A DNA stretch of 57,298 nucleotides, the filler included, from Diploschistes diacapsis (taxonomy: Eukaryota): assembly GCA_023645945.1 (NCBI GenBank). It is 4 parts of 4 records of this genome, joined end to end, with 100 filler letters (N's around TTAATTAATTAA, not from the genome) between each part and the next. Parts side by side here need not be neighbours in the genome. Positions count along the whole stretch, not along the records: positions 1 to 8,463 come from JALAIB010001147.1; positions 8,564 to 17,020 come from JALAIB010001148.1; 2 more parts are not named here. One strand, 5' to 3'. Position numbers and translations under genes: made by a program. The stretch's first letter is position 1; the number at the start of each line of letters is the position of its first letter. Positions 1 through 11,230 of this stretch are shown here, one piece after another. The notes beneath the pieces were generated by a model. That model did not search any database, was not told the DNA's origin, and worked only from the letters and a program-made list of their open reading frames with translations.

Positions 1-450
1 ATATTAATAATAACGAGAAACAAAAACGGACGACGAACGAGAAATAAGAACGAACGGCGATAATAACTCGCTAACAAAATCTATAATATGGATTAAAAGA
101 ATAAAAATTAAAAAATAAAGAAATAAGATATAAGAATATTATAAATAAGGTAAAGATATCATAATAAAACTGATATTTAAATAAAGATATTATTAATTTA
201 ATAAATATTTAATTTATAAATAATTAACGTCGATATTAAAATTTATTTATATTATAATTAACTATTAACGAACATTAAAGTATATATATAAAAACGAAAA
301 CAAGCTCGATTTATATTAAGGATCGAGATAATAACGATATAAATCGAATTAATTATCTAATTTATTTTAATAGGCAAAAAAAGGACTATAAAAATGGCTC
401 TAGAGGATTAAAATAAGAAAGAAAGAAATAATTATAAAACTAAATAAGAA
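1..450. mobile_element. AT-rich, probably RIP-degraded transposon or repeat remnant
   Basis: Very AT-rich with abundant TpA, few TpG and retained CpG. No ORF. Composition changes abruptly near 450. Confidence 0.5.
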
Positions 451-1121
451 GTATGCCAATAGTCGGACAAGCGACACTCAGGGTCTTGGCTTACGGGTAC
501 TTGAAGGGGGATTTTGCCCTTCTTACTCTCTCCTCTTCTTTAGTAATTAGTCCTAGCATGAATCTACCCTGCGTGCAGCCATCTTGCCACATTGTCGTAT
601 TCCACCCTTTACACTATTAAGCCGAGGATGGTAAGCGACAGCGTGGTAAAGCTGGCTGCTAAACGCGCCACGTAGATGCGCTCTATCGTAGAGCAGCTTT
701 ACGTGGCGCCAAACAGGGCCTTATTTACTGCCGCTTATGGTGTACCTAACTACTTTTGGCCTAGTACTGTACAACACTATGGGGTACAGAAACAAGCTTT
801 CTAGAGTTTCCTCTCCAAAAGGTTTCCCCCCAGCTTGAAGAACCCAGCGCCTCGCAGACGAAAAACTCCAATGAATTCTGTAAGCTAGGATGCCCACTTT
901 GTGAGCTTACTGACCTTGATGTCTGCGCATCTTCCTACTCACACGTTTGTCTTCAGGCTCGATCCCAAGCAGTTGTTCGTCAGAATGCTTTCTGCCAGGC
1001 ATCAGACTACAATTACGGACGATGTTCCAGTTGATGTTGATCCTCATCGGCCAACCGCAGTCAATCCATTTCGCATCGTTTTTTACTCCCCTATATCACT
1101 GTCGCTTGTGTTTAGTTAAAG

Positions 1122-2613
1122 ATGGTTTCTTCCTCTTTTCTTGCTTTTGCTTTGAGCACAGCCTCTTTAGCCCTCCCAATTACCCTTGAGCCAAGAGGAC
1201 CCAAGACTTTCTCCTAGACAAGCGTCAGGCCCCGCCACCGGCAGTGAGGCTGTAACAAATGACGGGTCCAACCCTGGATTGCCACAGTTGACTTTGATGG
1301 CCAAGACCTGAGAGTCGTCGTCGATACCGGCCTGTCGCTGTTGTGGACGCTGAGCCAGTTTCTGCCATCCGATAAGCGCGCAAACTTCACCTAAAACAAC
1401 TTCTACAACGCTAGCGCGAGCCCGACGTGGCAGCCATCCCCGACCTCAGCCTCAGTGCCTTTTACGGAGACGGATCGTACGGAGCCGAAGGTCCCGTCGG
1501 CAACGAGAATGTCACGTTGGCAGATATTTCCGTCACCATGGCCATCGGCGCCGCCAACTACACGGTCGGCCCCATACTTCCGCCCGACGCTGATGGTATC
1601 ATGGGCATGGCCTTTGTGCAGCCGGACAGCAGTCAGTAGCCTCAGAGCAAATGCAAAACAGCTTTACTAACTTTGGTGTACAGACGGCCTCGTACGACAA
1701 CCAACATGCATGATAGCCGTCCAAGACCAGCTACCCGACCCAATCTTCACCCCAAAGCTCCACTCCAATACCCCGGGCTCCATCTACTTTGGCTACGTGG
1801 ACGACAATATTTACACCGGCAACCTCGTGAAGATGCCCGTCGACAACCAAACCCAGTCCAGCTGGCTCACGGACGGCGTGATCTTTGGAAGTGGCGGAAG
1901 CAACCTCAGCTCCAAGGCTCTGCCCCTGCTCTTCAGTAAGTGCACACCATTCGCTCTACCCACCCAACCACGCCATAAGATACAAGCTAGCACCAGGGTT
2001 GACGAAACAAAAAAGGAAAAACTTGCTAACGCCTACCACCAGACACGGGTGGCCAAGGAACTGGCCTCCGCGAAGCCGCTGCCGCCGCCGCCTACTGGGC
2101 CCAGGTCCAAGGCCCTTCGCAGGACTCTAACGGCAACTGGATTTACCCTTGCAATGCCACGACCCCAGACCTCGATATCAACTTCCCCGGCTCCGGCCCC
2201 GCCATGATTCCCCGTGCCATTCTGAACAATGCCAACGAATCCGTGTCGAGCGATGGAACAAGTAAGTTCCCTTCCCTCCCTCCCTCCCTTTTCTTCCTTC
2301 CCTCTATCCTTCACCCATTTACCACATACTCTCTCTTGTCCTATCTTCTGACCGTTCTCCTCTTTCATCTCTCTTTCCCTTTTTTTTCATTCTTCCCTTC
2401 CCTAGCGCCACCCCCGAAGAAAAGAAAAAACAGCAAAACTAACACCGCACCTCAACAGTGTGCCTGGGCGACCGTCAGAGCCAGGAAGGCGGCCAGGGTA
2501 ACGCCGGCGACCAGTTCTTCCTGACCTTCTTCACCGTCTGGAACCAGGCGGAGCCGTCACCGAGCTTCGCGCCGTATGACAACTGCTTATTTAGGGAGCC
2601 GCTGCATTGCTGA
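1122..2613 (+). pseudogene. Secreted pepsin-family (A1) aspartic protease, disrupted
   Basis: ATG 1122 gives a signal peptide (MVSSSFLAFALSTASLA). Motifs seen: VVVDTGLS, YGDGS flap, DGIMGMAF, GSIYFG, GNAGDQF. GT-AG introns at 1632-1683, 1936-2042 and 2262-2458. Lesions: in-frame TAG 1215, TAA 1392, frameshifts, and second catalytic DTG reads NTG. Confidence 0.8.
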
Positions 2614-3444
2614 ACTTTTCTAAGTAATGGCGGCGGAATGTTGTGTGCATATATGAGATAAACGGGGTGGTGGTGCTGTATATACTTGTGAGATCGGCGC
2701 GATGGGGGTATATATATATGGGAAGCTTGGGAGAACTGTATATATGGGCACCGGACGGGGCATGGCGAGGCGTTGGCGGAATCGCTTTGGGAGGTTTAAT
2801 TTGCATTTTGCATTTGGGTATTGCATTATTTAGCGCTTGGGATTTGATGATACTCACACCCTTTCCGAATATAACATGAAGATGCACAATCATCTCTCTT
2901 AACTAACTGACATTCATTTCTTGTAATCTTTTGCTAAACATACTGATCAGGCGACGGCCAAAACCACCCTTTCCTACCCCATCTACCCATGTATGTAGGT
3001 AGTTCAGCCGATTTCACTGACCCCAGCCACCTTTCGAAAAAGCCTTGCATCCCTCCCCTCCTTTTGGCGGCGACAACGAACGCAGGATGTTGGCCGTCTG
3101 ATGTTTGATGTACATCTTGCAACCCCCACCACCTCGCTATCTAAGCCCTACCTTTGTCCAACCAACCAACCATCCTCGAACACGTGCAGGAGCCCCACTA
3201 GGGCGGTATACGCCAGCTGGTTGACGTCCGACTCAGCGCATACATGCATTCTACACCATAGCCACGGTAAGACTAGGGGGGGAGGGAACTTTGTGGCGGG
3301 AAGTGATGCGCCATTTCTGTTTCTGGCGTGGTGCAGATCTCTCGGTAAATAAGAAAGGAAGGAGAGTGAGTCATTACGAGATAAAATAGATGATACAAAA
3401 ATGTTAGTTTATATATAGTAATAAGGTGAAATTTTGTCAATCTA

Positions 3445-3516
3445 AGCAACGTGGCGCAGTGGAAGCGCGCCGGGCTCATAACCCGGAGGACATTGGATCG
3501 AAACCAATCGTTGCTA
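3445..3516 (+). tRNA. tRNA-iMet (CAT), initiator
   Basis: Full cloverleaf: AGCAACG/CGTTGCT acceptor, GCGC D-stem, CCGGG-CTCATAA-CCCGG anticodon arm, ATTGG-ATCGAAA-CCAAT T arm. A1:U72 and A54/A60 are eukaryotic initiator signatures. Confidence 0.97.
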
Positions 3517-3525
3517 GAAGTCCTG

Positions 3526-3535
3526 TTTTTTTTTT
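3526..3535 (+). terminator. Pol III oligo-T terminator
   Basis: Run of 10 T starting 10 nt after the tRNA. Confidence 0.75.
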
Positions 3536-3855
3536 GTCTTTTGTGCTTTGTTGCCCTAGAACACATACATTTAATGTGGAAGGGATGGAAATGGAAGTCT
3601 TTATGATTTGCTAGGTGGATGTGGTGGGTTTGGAGCCGTTGATGAGCTCAACATATCACAAGTTAGATAATACATAACTTTAATATGTTTTTGGATAGGA
3701 ATTGCACTTGTAAAAGACCGTTGAAGACTTATTGATCTTTTATTATTATCGGCTTGCCAAAACAGCATGTGAATAGATTTAATAACTGAGAAGGGTATCT
3801 ACACTCTTCATTCTTCACACTCTACCGGCCACCCTCCACTGTTAACTTTCCTGCC

Positions 3856-5270
3856 CTACTCCTCGCCCTTCAATCCATCCTCCCACCCTTTGCACTTCGG
3901 CTCTACCGTCTCTAAATCCAGCGCCCTCATTAACCACGTTCCCCACCCCACCCTCTCCGGCCTCTCCACACCTCCTTTCCACTCTCTGGAATTGCCATCC
4001 CCATCCTCTGGCGGCTCCTGCACAGTCTCACCGGGCTTCTGCATCCGGCCCCCCACCCGCTCGTCGATGACCATGTCCTCCCTCCACGGCCTCTCCTTGC
4101 CCTCTTCCCCCTCCTTATCCGGCGCACGCGCAACTTTCGACCAGTCTTGTTCCTCGGGCTCGAGGAGCGCTTGCTGCTCCCATATATCGTTGTCAACATC
4201 GTGGATGTACGGTGATGTGGTGGAGGCAAGGATAAAAGTCGCGAGGGCTCGACCGGTATCGTCGGCGAGTTTGCGGCGGTTGAGGAAGCGTGATATGCGA
4301 ATCGGAGTGTTGAAGACGCCGAGGAGGTGGGGGAGTGGGAGGGTGGTTGTTAGTGGGAGTGTTGAAGGGAGGGATGGTGCGGCCGTGGCGGAGGGGTAGG
4401 CTGAAGGGAGAATGTACGGAGGGGTTGGGGATGGTTTGGGTTTCGGCTCTTCTGCTTTGGGTTCGGGTGGATCCGCCTGCGGGCTTTGGTCGTCGGGGGT
4501 TTCTGGCGTTGAGGGTTGTGTGTTATCGGTGGAGCTATCTGCTACAGAGAGTATTTGTTGCGAGTCGGTGGCAGCTTGCGGCATAGGCTCGAGTGGAGGA
4601 ATCAGTGGGCCTAGCCAACCTTCGTGTAGCCCTCGAACGTATTCTTTCCAGGTATGGCGCCCCAGGACTAGGTCCCCGCCTCCCATGTTTTCTTCGTGTA
4701 TGCCTAGTCTTTGTCTTGTCTCTTCCACAGCATCCTCGTCCTCTGTCGAGAAGGATCCTTCAGTTTTTCGCCTCTTTTTCCGAATCCGCTCCGCTAGCTT
4801 TGCCCGAACATCGCCTTCCTTCCTGCCCTCCACTACATCCCAGTCCAACGCGGCAGCAACGAGGATAGGCTTCACGTACTCGTGAAAATGATCTCGCGAC
4901 GTGCGCAGACCGTCGCCCGGTGGTGCAGAGAGATATATTGTAACCTTCCGTTGCAGTTTATTGACAGGCAAAAGCTCCTGGGAGAGTTGGGAAACGGCAT
5001 TACACCATTTCTGTTGTGATTTCTTTCTTTCTCTTCTGTCGTAGAGCACGGCGGCAGTAAAGGAGCCGGTGATGGTAAAAAATATTAGCCAATTTCTAGA
5101 GGGCAGTCTCTTCCGTAACCTGGGCAAGCCTGAGTAGTTTAGCCTACGGATCCGAGCAGGTGCGCGAAAGATGCCATACCTAGCATGCGAAAGGCAGGAT
5201 TGCCCTCCAGCTTGGGCACAGTAGCTGCTGCATTTGTACCATTTTCTGAAGACACTTTGGGTGCACTCAT
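3856..5270 (-). CDS. TIM54: Mitochondrial inner membrane translocase subunit Tim54
   Basis: Spliced N-terminus MSAPKVSS...GNPAFRML|GLPRLRKRLPSRNWLIF with intron 5130-5179. Also SAPPGDGL, EYVKPILVAAALDW and GRHTWKEYVRGLHEGWLGP motifs. Confidence 0.92.
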
Positions 5271-7262
5271 CACACGGCATTCAATGGGTTAAAAAAGGTA
5301 GAATTGATAGAGTAAAGCGTCTCCTTGAAGTCAGGCGATAAAAAGTTCCCGTTCTCGGAACTATCCTTGTCCCGGAGAAAGTGATGCTCCGACAGCTCCG
5401 CTTAACTTGTGGGATCTGATTACTTCCTATGTTGACACCATCAATAAGAATCATCAATGCCTTCGAGTATGGTAGATAACTGTTTTTACCATTCCTTACT
5501 TGATGATAACGGAATGCTACTTCTGCTACAGTGTATTTTCAATTGCTAAGTCTCCTCCAGTATGAAGCACGTGTGCACAGGATAAGCGAACAAGGTGCGG
5601 TATTCACTCTCAATTCATCAACTGTGAGGACTGAGGTTCTTAAATATCAGCTGTTCCCCTCCTGCATATGGGCCTCCCCTACATTGAATAGCCCTCAAGC
5701 TCGAGCAGGAAATACTGGGCATCTCTGATCCTCCCATTGCAAGCCCTCCAGAGCATCCCGCGGCCTGATCCTCTAAAAACATCTGCTAGAGTATCTAACA
5801 CGTTGGATTTTCCCCCGTCTCAGCTCCCAATGCAAACAACTGGTGAGCCACCCATTTCTGATGCATGTCGAGCAGTTTCTCCTCCCTCGACTCTACAACA
5901 GAGTCCTTCCATTGGCGTGCTTTCTCGTCCTATCCACCAAGTGTACGGACTTCAACTATCGGCCAAGCCATATCGTGGCCGATCCTTCCAGGGGCTTTCG
6001 GATTCCCATCTGCTTTTCACTTCCTGTGTCTAATACAGAGCTTTGATCTTACATAGAGCGATTAAGGTAACGACATTACGCTCTTTTGCTGGGCCATGGC
6101 GGGGGCAATTCAATCTGCCCTCCCGTCAATTTCATTGACTTGAACCTTGACATGCCTCGCTGGACCCTTTTTCATTTGATGATCCGATTGTCGGCCATAC
6201 GGTGGCGCCGGCAGTGCCTCTAACTGCGAGCGCTCAGGTGCATCATCGTCTAATGAGCTGGTTGACTGGCGATTTTCCCATTGTCGTGTGTGTAGAAACC
6301 AGTGTTGTGCTAAGGTAGGTTGCAAATCGGACTTCATATCTGGAGCGTTGACAGTCTTGTTTGCGGAAGAGATACATGGAGTGGCGTTGGCAGTTCGTGG
6401 ATCTAGTGGTGTCTCTGATCCATCTAGAAGAGGTGAAGAGGTGAATAGAGTGTCGAAGGCATCGAGAACAATAGGTGAGAACATTGTGCTTGTTGTTTCG
6501 GTTTGCAATTTATTTCTTGTGGATATGTACAGAATGGCCCTTTCAGTCGAGGCTTGATTGCAGATATCGTCCTGGATAGATTGCCTTTTATTCTTTTGTT
6601 GAGTCAGTCTGGAAGCTAAAGGAAGCTGTGCTTATGGTGGGGGGGATGCCTCAGTATTATATGCAATCTCTCCTCACGTCGGGATCGAACTTTATCAACG
6701 GACTCAAGCTCCATATGCCCTTGAATGCCGCGTATTCCTAGCGTATTCCTACAGCCCGCATGAAAACGGACGATGGCCAAGGTTGAGGCCGTTCCGGCAT
6801 TTGCTTAATGCCGCCACGAATATAGGGGCTAAGCCGTTCTCGGATCAATTGTTAGTAAACAAGCCAATCGGAAGCAGACTCGAAGGCGGACTTCGTATGG
6901 CACTTGCCGAGAGTCTTTTCCGGGCCAGGCCGGCCGTTTCCATTGATTGCAGAGAGATAGGGCTTGCGCTGCTGATTGGTCCTGTACCCGAGCCAAGGCC
7001 AGTAAGGTATGCTAAGGCTTCATAGCTGAGTCGGGCTGGATGCTTAACTGGCGGAGAGTTCATATCTATATCTGAAAGCCATGTACCATATATATATTGG
7101 TGGAAAGGTATTCTCCTGATAGGCTTGCAATAATACTGCATAGAAGGGCGCAGGCACTTTATAACGCAGACATTTCCAGCAGCTCCTATGCGGAAGACCT
7201 TCAATCGACGTTCGTATCCAGACATGGTTGAGTGTGCTCGGTGATGCCTCCCATAACATCCT

Positions 7263-8033
7263 TTAAAGGTCTCTCCACTTCCACACACTCCACTCATGCA
7301 ACTTCTCGTCATCAAAACACTCCTCTTCAGTTCCATTAAGCTCCTCCCTCCCCTCCTGCAAGACCTCCAAACCCCCTTCCTCAAGCCTTGTCCAAAACTC
7401 CCGTATAACATCCAAGTAGGCCGGCCGCATGGGATAGCATACAATAGCTCTTGTTTCTTTCGCTCTTCTTAACCACTGGAAAATGGCACCGGAAAGCAGC
7501 TGCGGGTGCTCATCCGCGTACATAGTATCAGCAGCCAAGATGACAGTGGCTTTGTCTCCTTCCTGAGGATTCCCATCGAGCCAGGACTCCGAACGAAACG
7601 GGCACGGCGCATGCATGCACGCCTTCACATGCGTGGGCTCCTTCCAGTCCAGCGCCGAAGCAAAGGTCAGATTATCTCCATGCTGCTCCATCAACGACTT
7701 ATTCAGTCTCATATTCGCCACTATGCCAGGCATGATGGGCGCCAGGTCCGTCAGTATCGTCATACGGTTCCATATCATGGCCGCGCTGAGGCCTACGAGG
7801 CCCGTGCCGGCGCCTAGCTCGAGGACCCTGGGAGCCTCGGAAAGTTCGACCCCACGCTTTTTGGAGGTCGTTATGGGGACGTCGAGGCGGTGGAGCAGGT
7901 TGGCGAGGACGTAGGACGAGCCCCAGGTTTGGAGGTGCAGGCCCTCGGCTTTGAGGTCGGGCGAGGCGAGATTCAGTTCGAAGACCTCGTCGGCGTTTTT
8001 GCGGACCTTGTACCGGCGGATCGTTTCGGGCAT
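7263..8033 (-). CDS. SAM-dependent protein-lysine methyltransferase (Methyltransf_16, Rrg1/Efm2-like)
   Basis: 256-aa ORF with TWGSSYVLA, VLELGAGTGLVGL, ILTDL, LDW and ILAADTMY motifs. Confidence 0.85.
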   Translation of the reverse strand: MPETIRRYKVRKNADEVFELNLASPDLKAEGLHLQTWGSSYVLANLLHRLDVPITTSKKRGVELSEAPRVLELGAGTGLVGLSAAMIWNRMTILTDLAPIMPGIVANMRLNKSLMEQHGDNLTFASALDWKEPTHVKACMHAPCPFRSESWLDGNPQEGDKATVILAADTMYADEHPQLLSGAIFQWLRRAKETRAIVCYPMRPAYLDVIREFWTRLEEGGLEVLQEGREELNGTEEECFDDEKLHEWSVWKWRDL

Positions 8034-8463
8034 TTCCTGGGATTATGTTGCGTTTGGGGATATTTTATATTTTTAAGTATTTCAGAATTTCTGATGGATA
8101 GATTCTATGGGGAGATCAAGCCCAGATTACTGGAAATCACGTCGGCAGCCGAAGTCAATATTTCCAGGCGACTAAAATCTAGTTTCATCAAAATTTGATT
8201 GTTTCTCGATAATTCCACTTTCAGTCATACTACAGCTTCCAGTGCTGATGATGTTTTGCAAATAAATTAAAAGTTAACAGAAACGAAACTAATCTATCTA
8301 TATATGGTATACAACGGGATCCCATATGGCGTGCCCTAGCATCCACGCCGCTCATTGGCTCGCCACCCATATGCTAAGCTCCTTAAGGCAATGTTTTATC
8401 GGCCCGACTCACAAACCCCGTTCGGAGCCCTTGAGTTTCCTATCCCCATCTATCCCCACCCTC

Positions 8464-8563
8464 NNNNNNNNNNNNNNNNNNNNNNNNNNNNNNNNNNNNN
8501 NNNNNNNTTAATTAATTAANNNNNNNNNNNNNNNNNNNNNNNNNNNNNNNNNNNNNNNNNNNN
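8464..8563. other. Artificial contig spacer
   Basis: 44 N + TTAATTAATTAA (stops in six frames) + 44 N. Confidence 0.99.
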
Positions 8564-9028
8564 GACGGGGACGATGAAGAGAGGGGGAGGGAGGGGGAAC
8601 GGGAAGGGGATCCAGGCTACATGGACTCAGACGGCAATGACGACGACGGTGCGGGTATCGCATTAAGAGGAGGAGTGGCAGGAGCAGGAGCGGGGGAGAA
8701 TGCACATGTCGCTACCCCACACGACACACAAAACGAACACCATGCCACCACGAAGCAGAATGCCAGCCAAACTAGCGATCTCTCACGTAATGCCGACATC
8801 GGCGCCACCACCACTTCACGCTCACGCCCCTCCCCACCTCCGCGGCCCAGCCTACTCCTGCCCCCAGCCTCCGCTCTGCCCGCCTACCCCGCGCCCAAGC
8901 ATAGTGGACACAATGCAACGCGACATATGGTCTATTTCGAGCCCACGTCCATTCAGGATCCGTGGGAGGGGCTGCAGGGTAGGAGATTGGGGATGCCCGA
9001 CTCGGTACGCGAGGGAAGGGGAGGGTGA
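8564..9028 (+). CDS. 5'-partial low-complexity protein with C-terminal YFEPTSIQDPW motif
   Basis: The frame is open from the contig edge to TGA 9028. The C-terminal motif resembles the MPLKIP/TTDN1-type 'Y..PS..EDPW' motif. Confidence 0.5.
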   Translation, partial: DGDDEERGREGEREGDPGYMDSDGNDDDGAGIALRGGVAGAGAGENAHVATPHDTQNEHHATTKQNASQTSDLSRNADIGATTTSRSRPSPPPRPSLLLPPASALPAYPAPKHSGHNATRHMVYFEPTSIQDPWEGLQGRRLGMPDSVREGRGG

Positions 9029-10516
9029 GGACAGAGGAGGAGGAAGAGAAGAAGGAGAAGAAGAAGAAGAAAGGTTGAAAGGGTGAGGGTAAGGGAAGAA
9101 AGGGTGGAAGGAGGAACAGGGAGGAGGGAGAGAGGAAATCTTGTAAAACACGAAAGATCTCACTAGCTTCATTGGCGGCCGCGGTCAAAAACCACGGACG
9201 GCTGGTCGCTGCCGTGATGGTCCCGGTGCGGTAGCCTGTGCTTTTCCTAGCCGGTCTAGGCTATTTTGATTCCCCTCAGCTGCTTGATTGGGGAAGAGCC
9301 CATTGGCACGATACCATGCGGGGAAGAGAAAACCAAGGGGTGTGAGCGAAGCAAGTTGTCGAAGAAGTAATTCTAGTGGACCTTCCACCTGGCTCAGACC
9401 GGGGAGGGGGGAGGCAGCGCAGCGCATGGGAAGTACCACACACCCACATCTACATTCCTGCACCTAAAACATATCTGCAGCTGTATACATAGCACATGCT
9501 ACAAAAGATACATAAGGTACTTCAAGCACGTGATGTCAAATGTAGAAAATGCGCTTCATTCAGACACTACGACGCAAAGCTAAGCTCTGCGAGTATAACA
9601 AGAAACATGGCCACCCGCCAGGCACGCCCCGTTTCCGCCAATGCAATGACTAAGAACCTCCCTTCCATATACCTACTTCGAGACTGTGTCTCCTTTGCTG
9701 TTATCTCAGCAGCCCTCGATGGCCTCGACAGCCTCACCGCCTACGCTTTTCCAACCCTTCCCATTCGCTCCCCTGCCCTGCCTGCCAGCCTGCCTGCCCA
9801 CAGCTACTGGACGCATGCACACACACCCAATACCCCCCCCCCAATGCTAGAGAACAGGAAAAGACAAATCAGAGCAGTCGCTACAAGCCCGGCGCCACAC
9901 CTTGAGACCCCAGCCAATCCCAGACCCAAGGAACACCCGAGAAACATGAAACAAGCGCCGGCGAGCCACGAGGAGGAAGGCCCACGGGAGTGGTAACGGT
10001 TCGATCCGATCCAGGGACCCCGTGGCCACTCCCGAGGCCGTGGGTTAGGTAGGCGGCAAAAGCAGCGAGGGAGCTAGTGGTCGAAATTAGGGTTTTTTGG
10101 GGGAGGATGCTAGTGTGGCTGGCTGGGGGGTCTTAGGCAAGGAGGGTGACGGAGGCTTGGTTGTGACGGGTTTTTTGGTGAGGTTCGGCAATGGTTGATG
10201 GTGATGGTGGTGAAAAAATGGGAAAATGGTGGGGAATGGAGGTAGTGGCTGTGACTTCTTTTTTGGCGGATTGCGGTTTTGGTGGAATTCGATTGTGGTA
10301 GAGACGGTGATGGTGGAAGTTTGCGGATCGTTAAGTTCTCTTGCCATAATGGTTGTGATTCCGGAGGGGGGGTAGATTCCGTTGGTTGTTGCGACTGCTT
10401 TTTCAGGACCGATTGAGGTTTCGGCTTCGGCGGAATTTACGGATACTGATGGTGGAATGCGTATTTCGTAGCTCATTGTCGTTAAAATCGTGATTGTGAA
10501 CGCTGAATGTGCTCCT

Positions 10517-11230
10517 CTACGGGCTGACCGGTCGCGGGTACTTGGCGCTCGCCTGCTTGTAGGCTGCCGAGTGCTTGGCTGCCGCTTTTGCGTTTAGAGT
10601 GCTACGAGCCGTTAGAAACGAGGTTTCGAACACCAAAGCGATCTTTCTGCAGCAGAACCACCGAGTCTAGGGCCAAACTTACGTCACCTTCTTCTGCGTC
10701 CAGGCGAGGTCTTTCTTCACCTCCTTCGCCGCCTTCATGCCGTCGGCAATGTTGGCGCGTGTAGCCTTCAGCCGCCTCTGGGCCAGCGCTTGCAGCTCGG
10801 CCAATTCGCGCTGCTTGGCGTTTAATTCACCAGACCTGCTTGCTATCAGCATTCCGTTGCTCGCCACGTAAGGCCCTGAGGATTTGCGCGAGAATGGAGC
10901 GGCTCACGTTTGGGCTTGCTTGGCGATGCTCCTGTCCATTGGCTCCGGGTTCAGCTGCAGGCGGTCGGTCATCATTTCGATGAGATCGACGCCGCGCGCT
11001 CCGCCGCTGGAGGTCTCAGTGTCCACCGTCGAGGCATTGCCGCGGCTGCCGTTCGTCAAGGACGGGACTGCAGACGAGTTGACGCTCGATCCCGCGCTCG
11101 ACGGTGATGTGCCAACACGGGTAACGGGCGCTTGACGTGAGTAGAGGGGTATGCTGCTCTGCGGAGGTTTGCGTGGGACAGAGACAGGCGCGCTGGTGGG
11201 GATCGTGCGGTGGAGGGTTCCTGCTGACAT
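10517..11230 (-). CDS. KXD1: BLOC-1 subunit KXD1 (KxDL domain)
   Basis: Three exons with introns 10836-10907 and 10602-10682. Spliced product reads VDLIEMMTDRL...DRSIAKQAQT|SGELNAKQREL...EVKKDLAWTQKKV. Confidence 0.85.

Noticed and set aside
5531..7259. ORFs between TIM54 and the methyltransferase (such as 6110-6508 and 6845-7444)
   Set aside because: No recognisable motifs or coherent exon structure, so I cannot support them without a search.
8464..8563. TTAATTAATTAA palindrome flanked by Ns, also at 17021 and 25571
   Set aside because: Artificial six-frame-stop linker. Adjacency across it and ORFs containing X have no biological meaning.
10080..10100. AACCCTAA on the minus strand as a telomerase RNA template
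   Set aside because: Only an 8-nt match. I could not identify a pseudoknot, CR4/5 or 3' processing signal.
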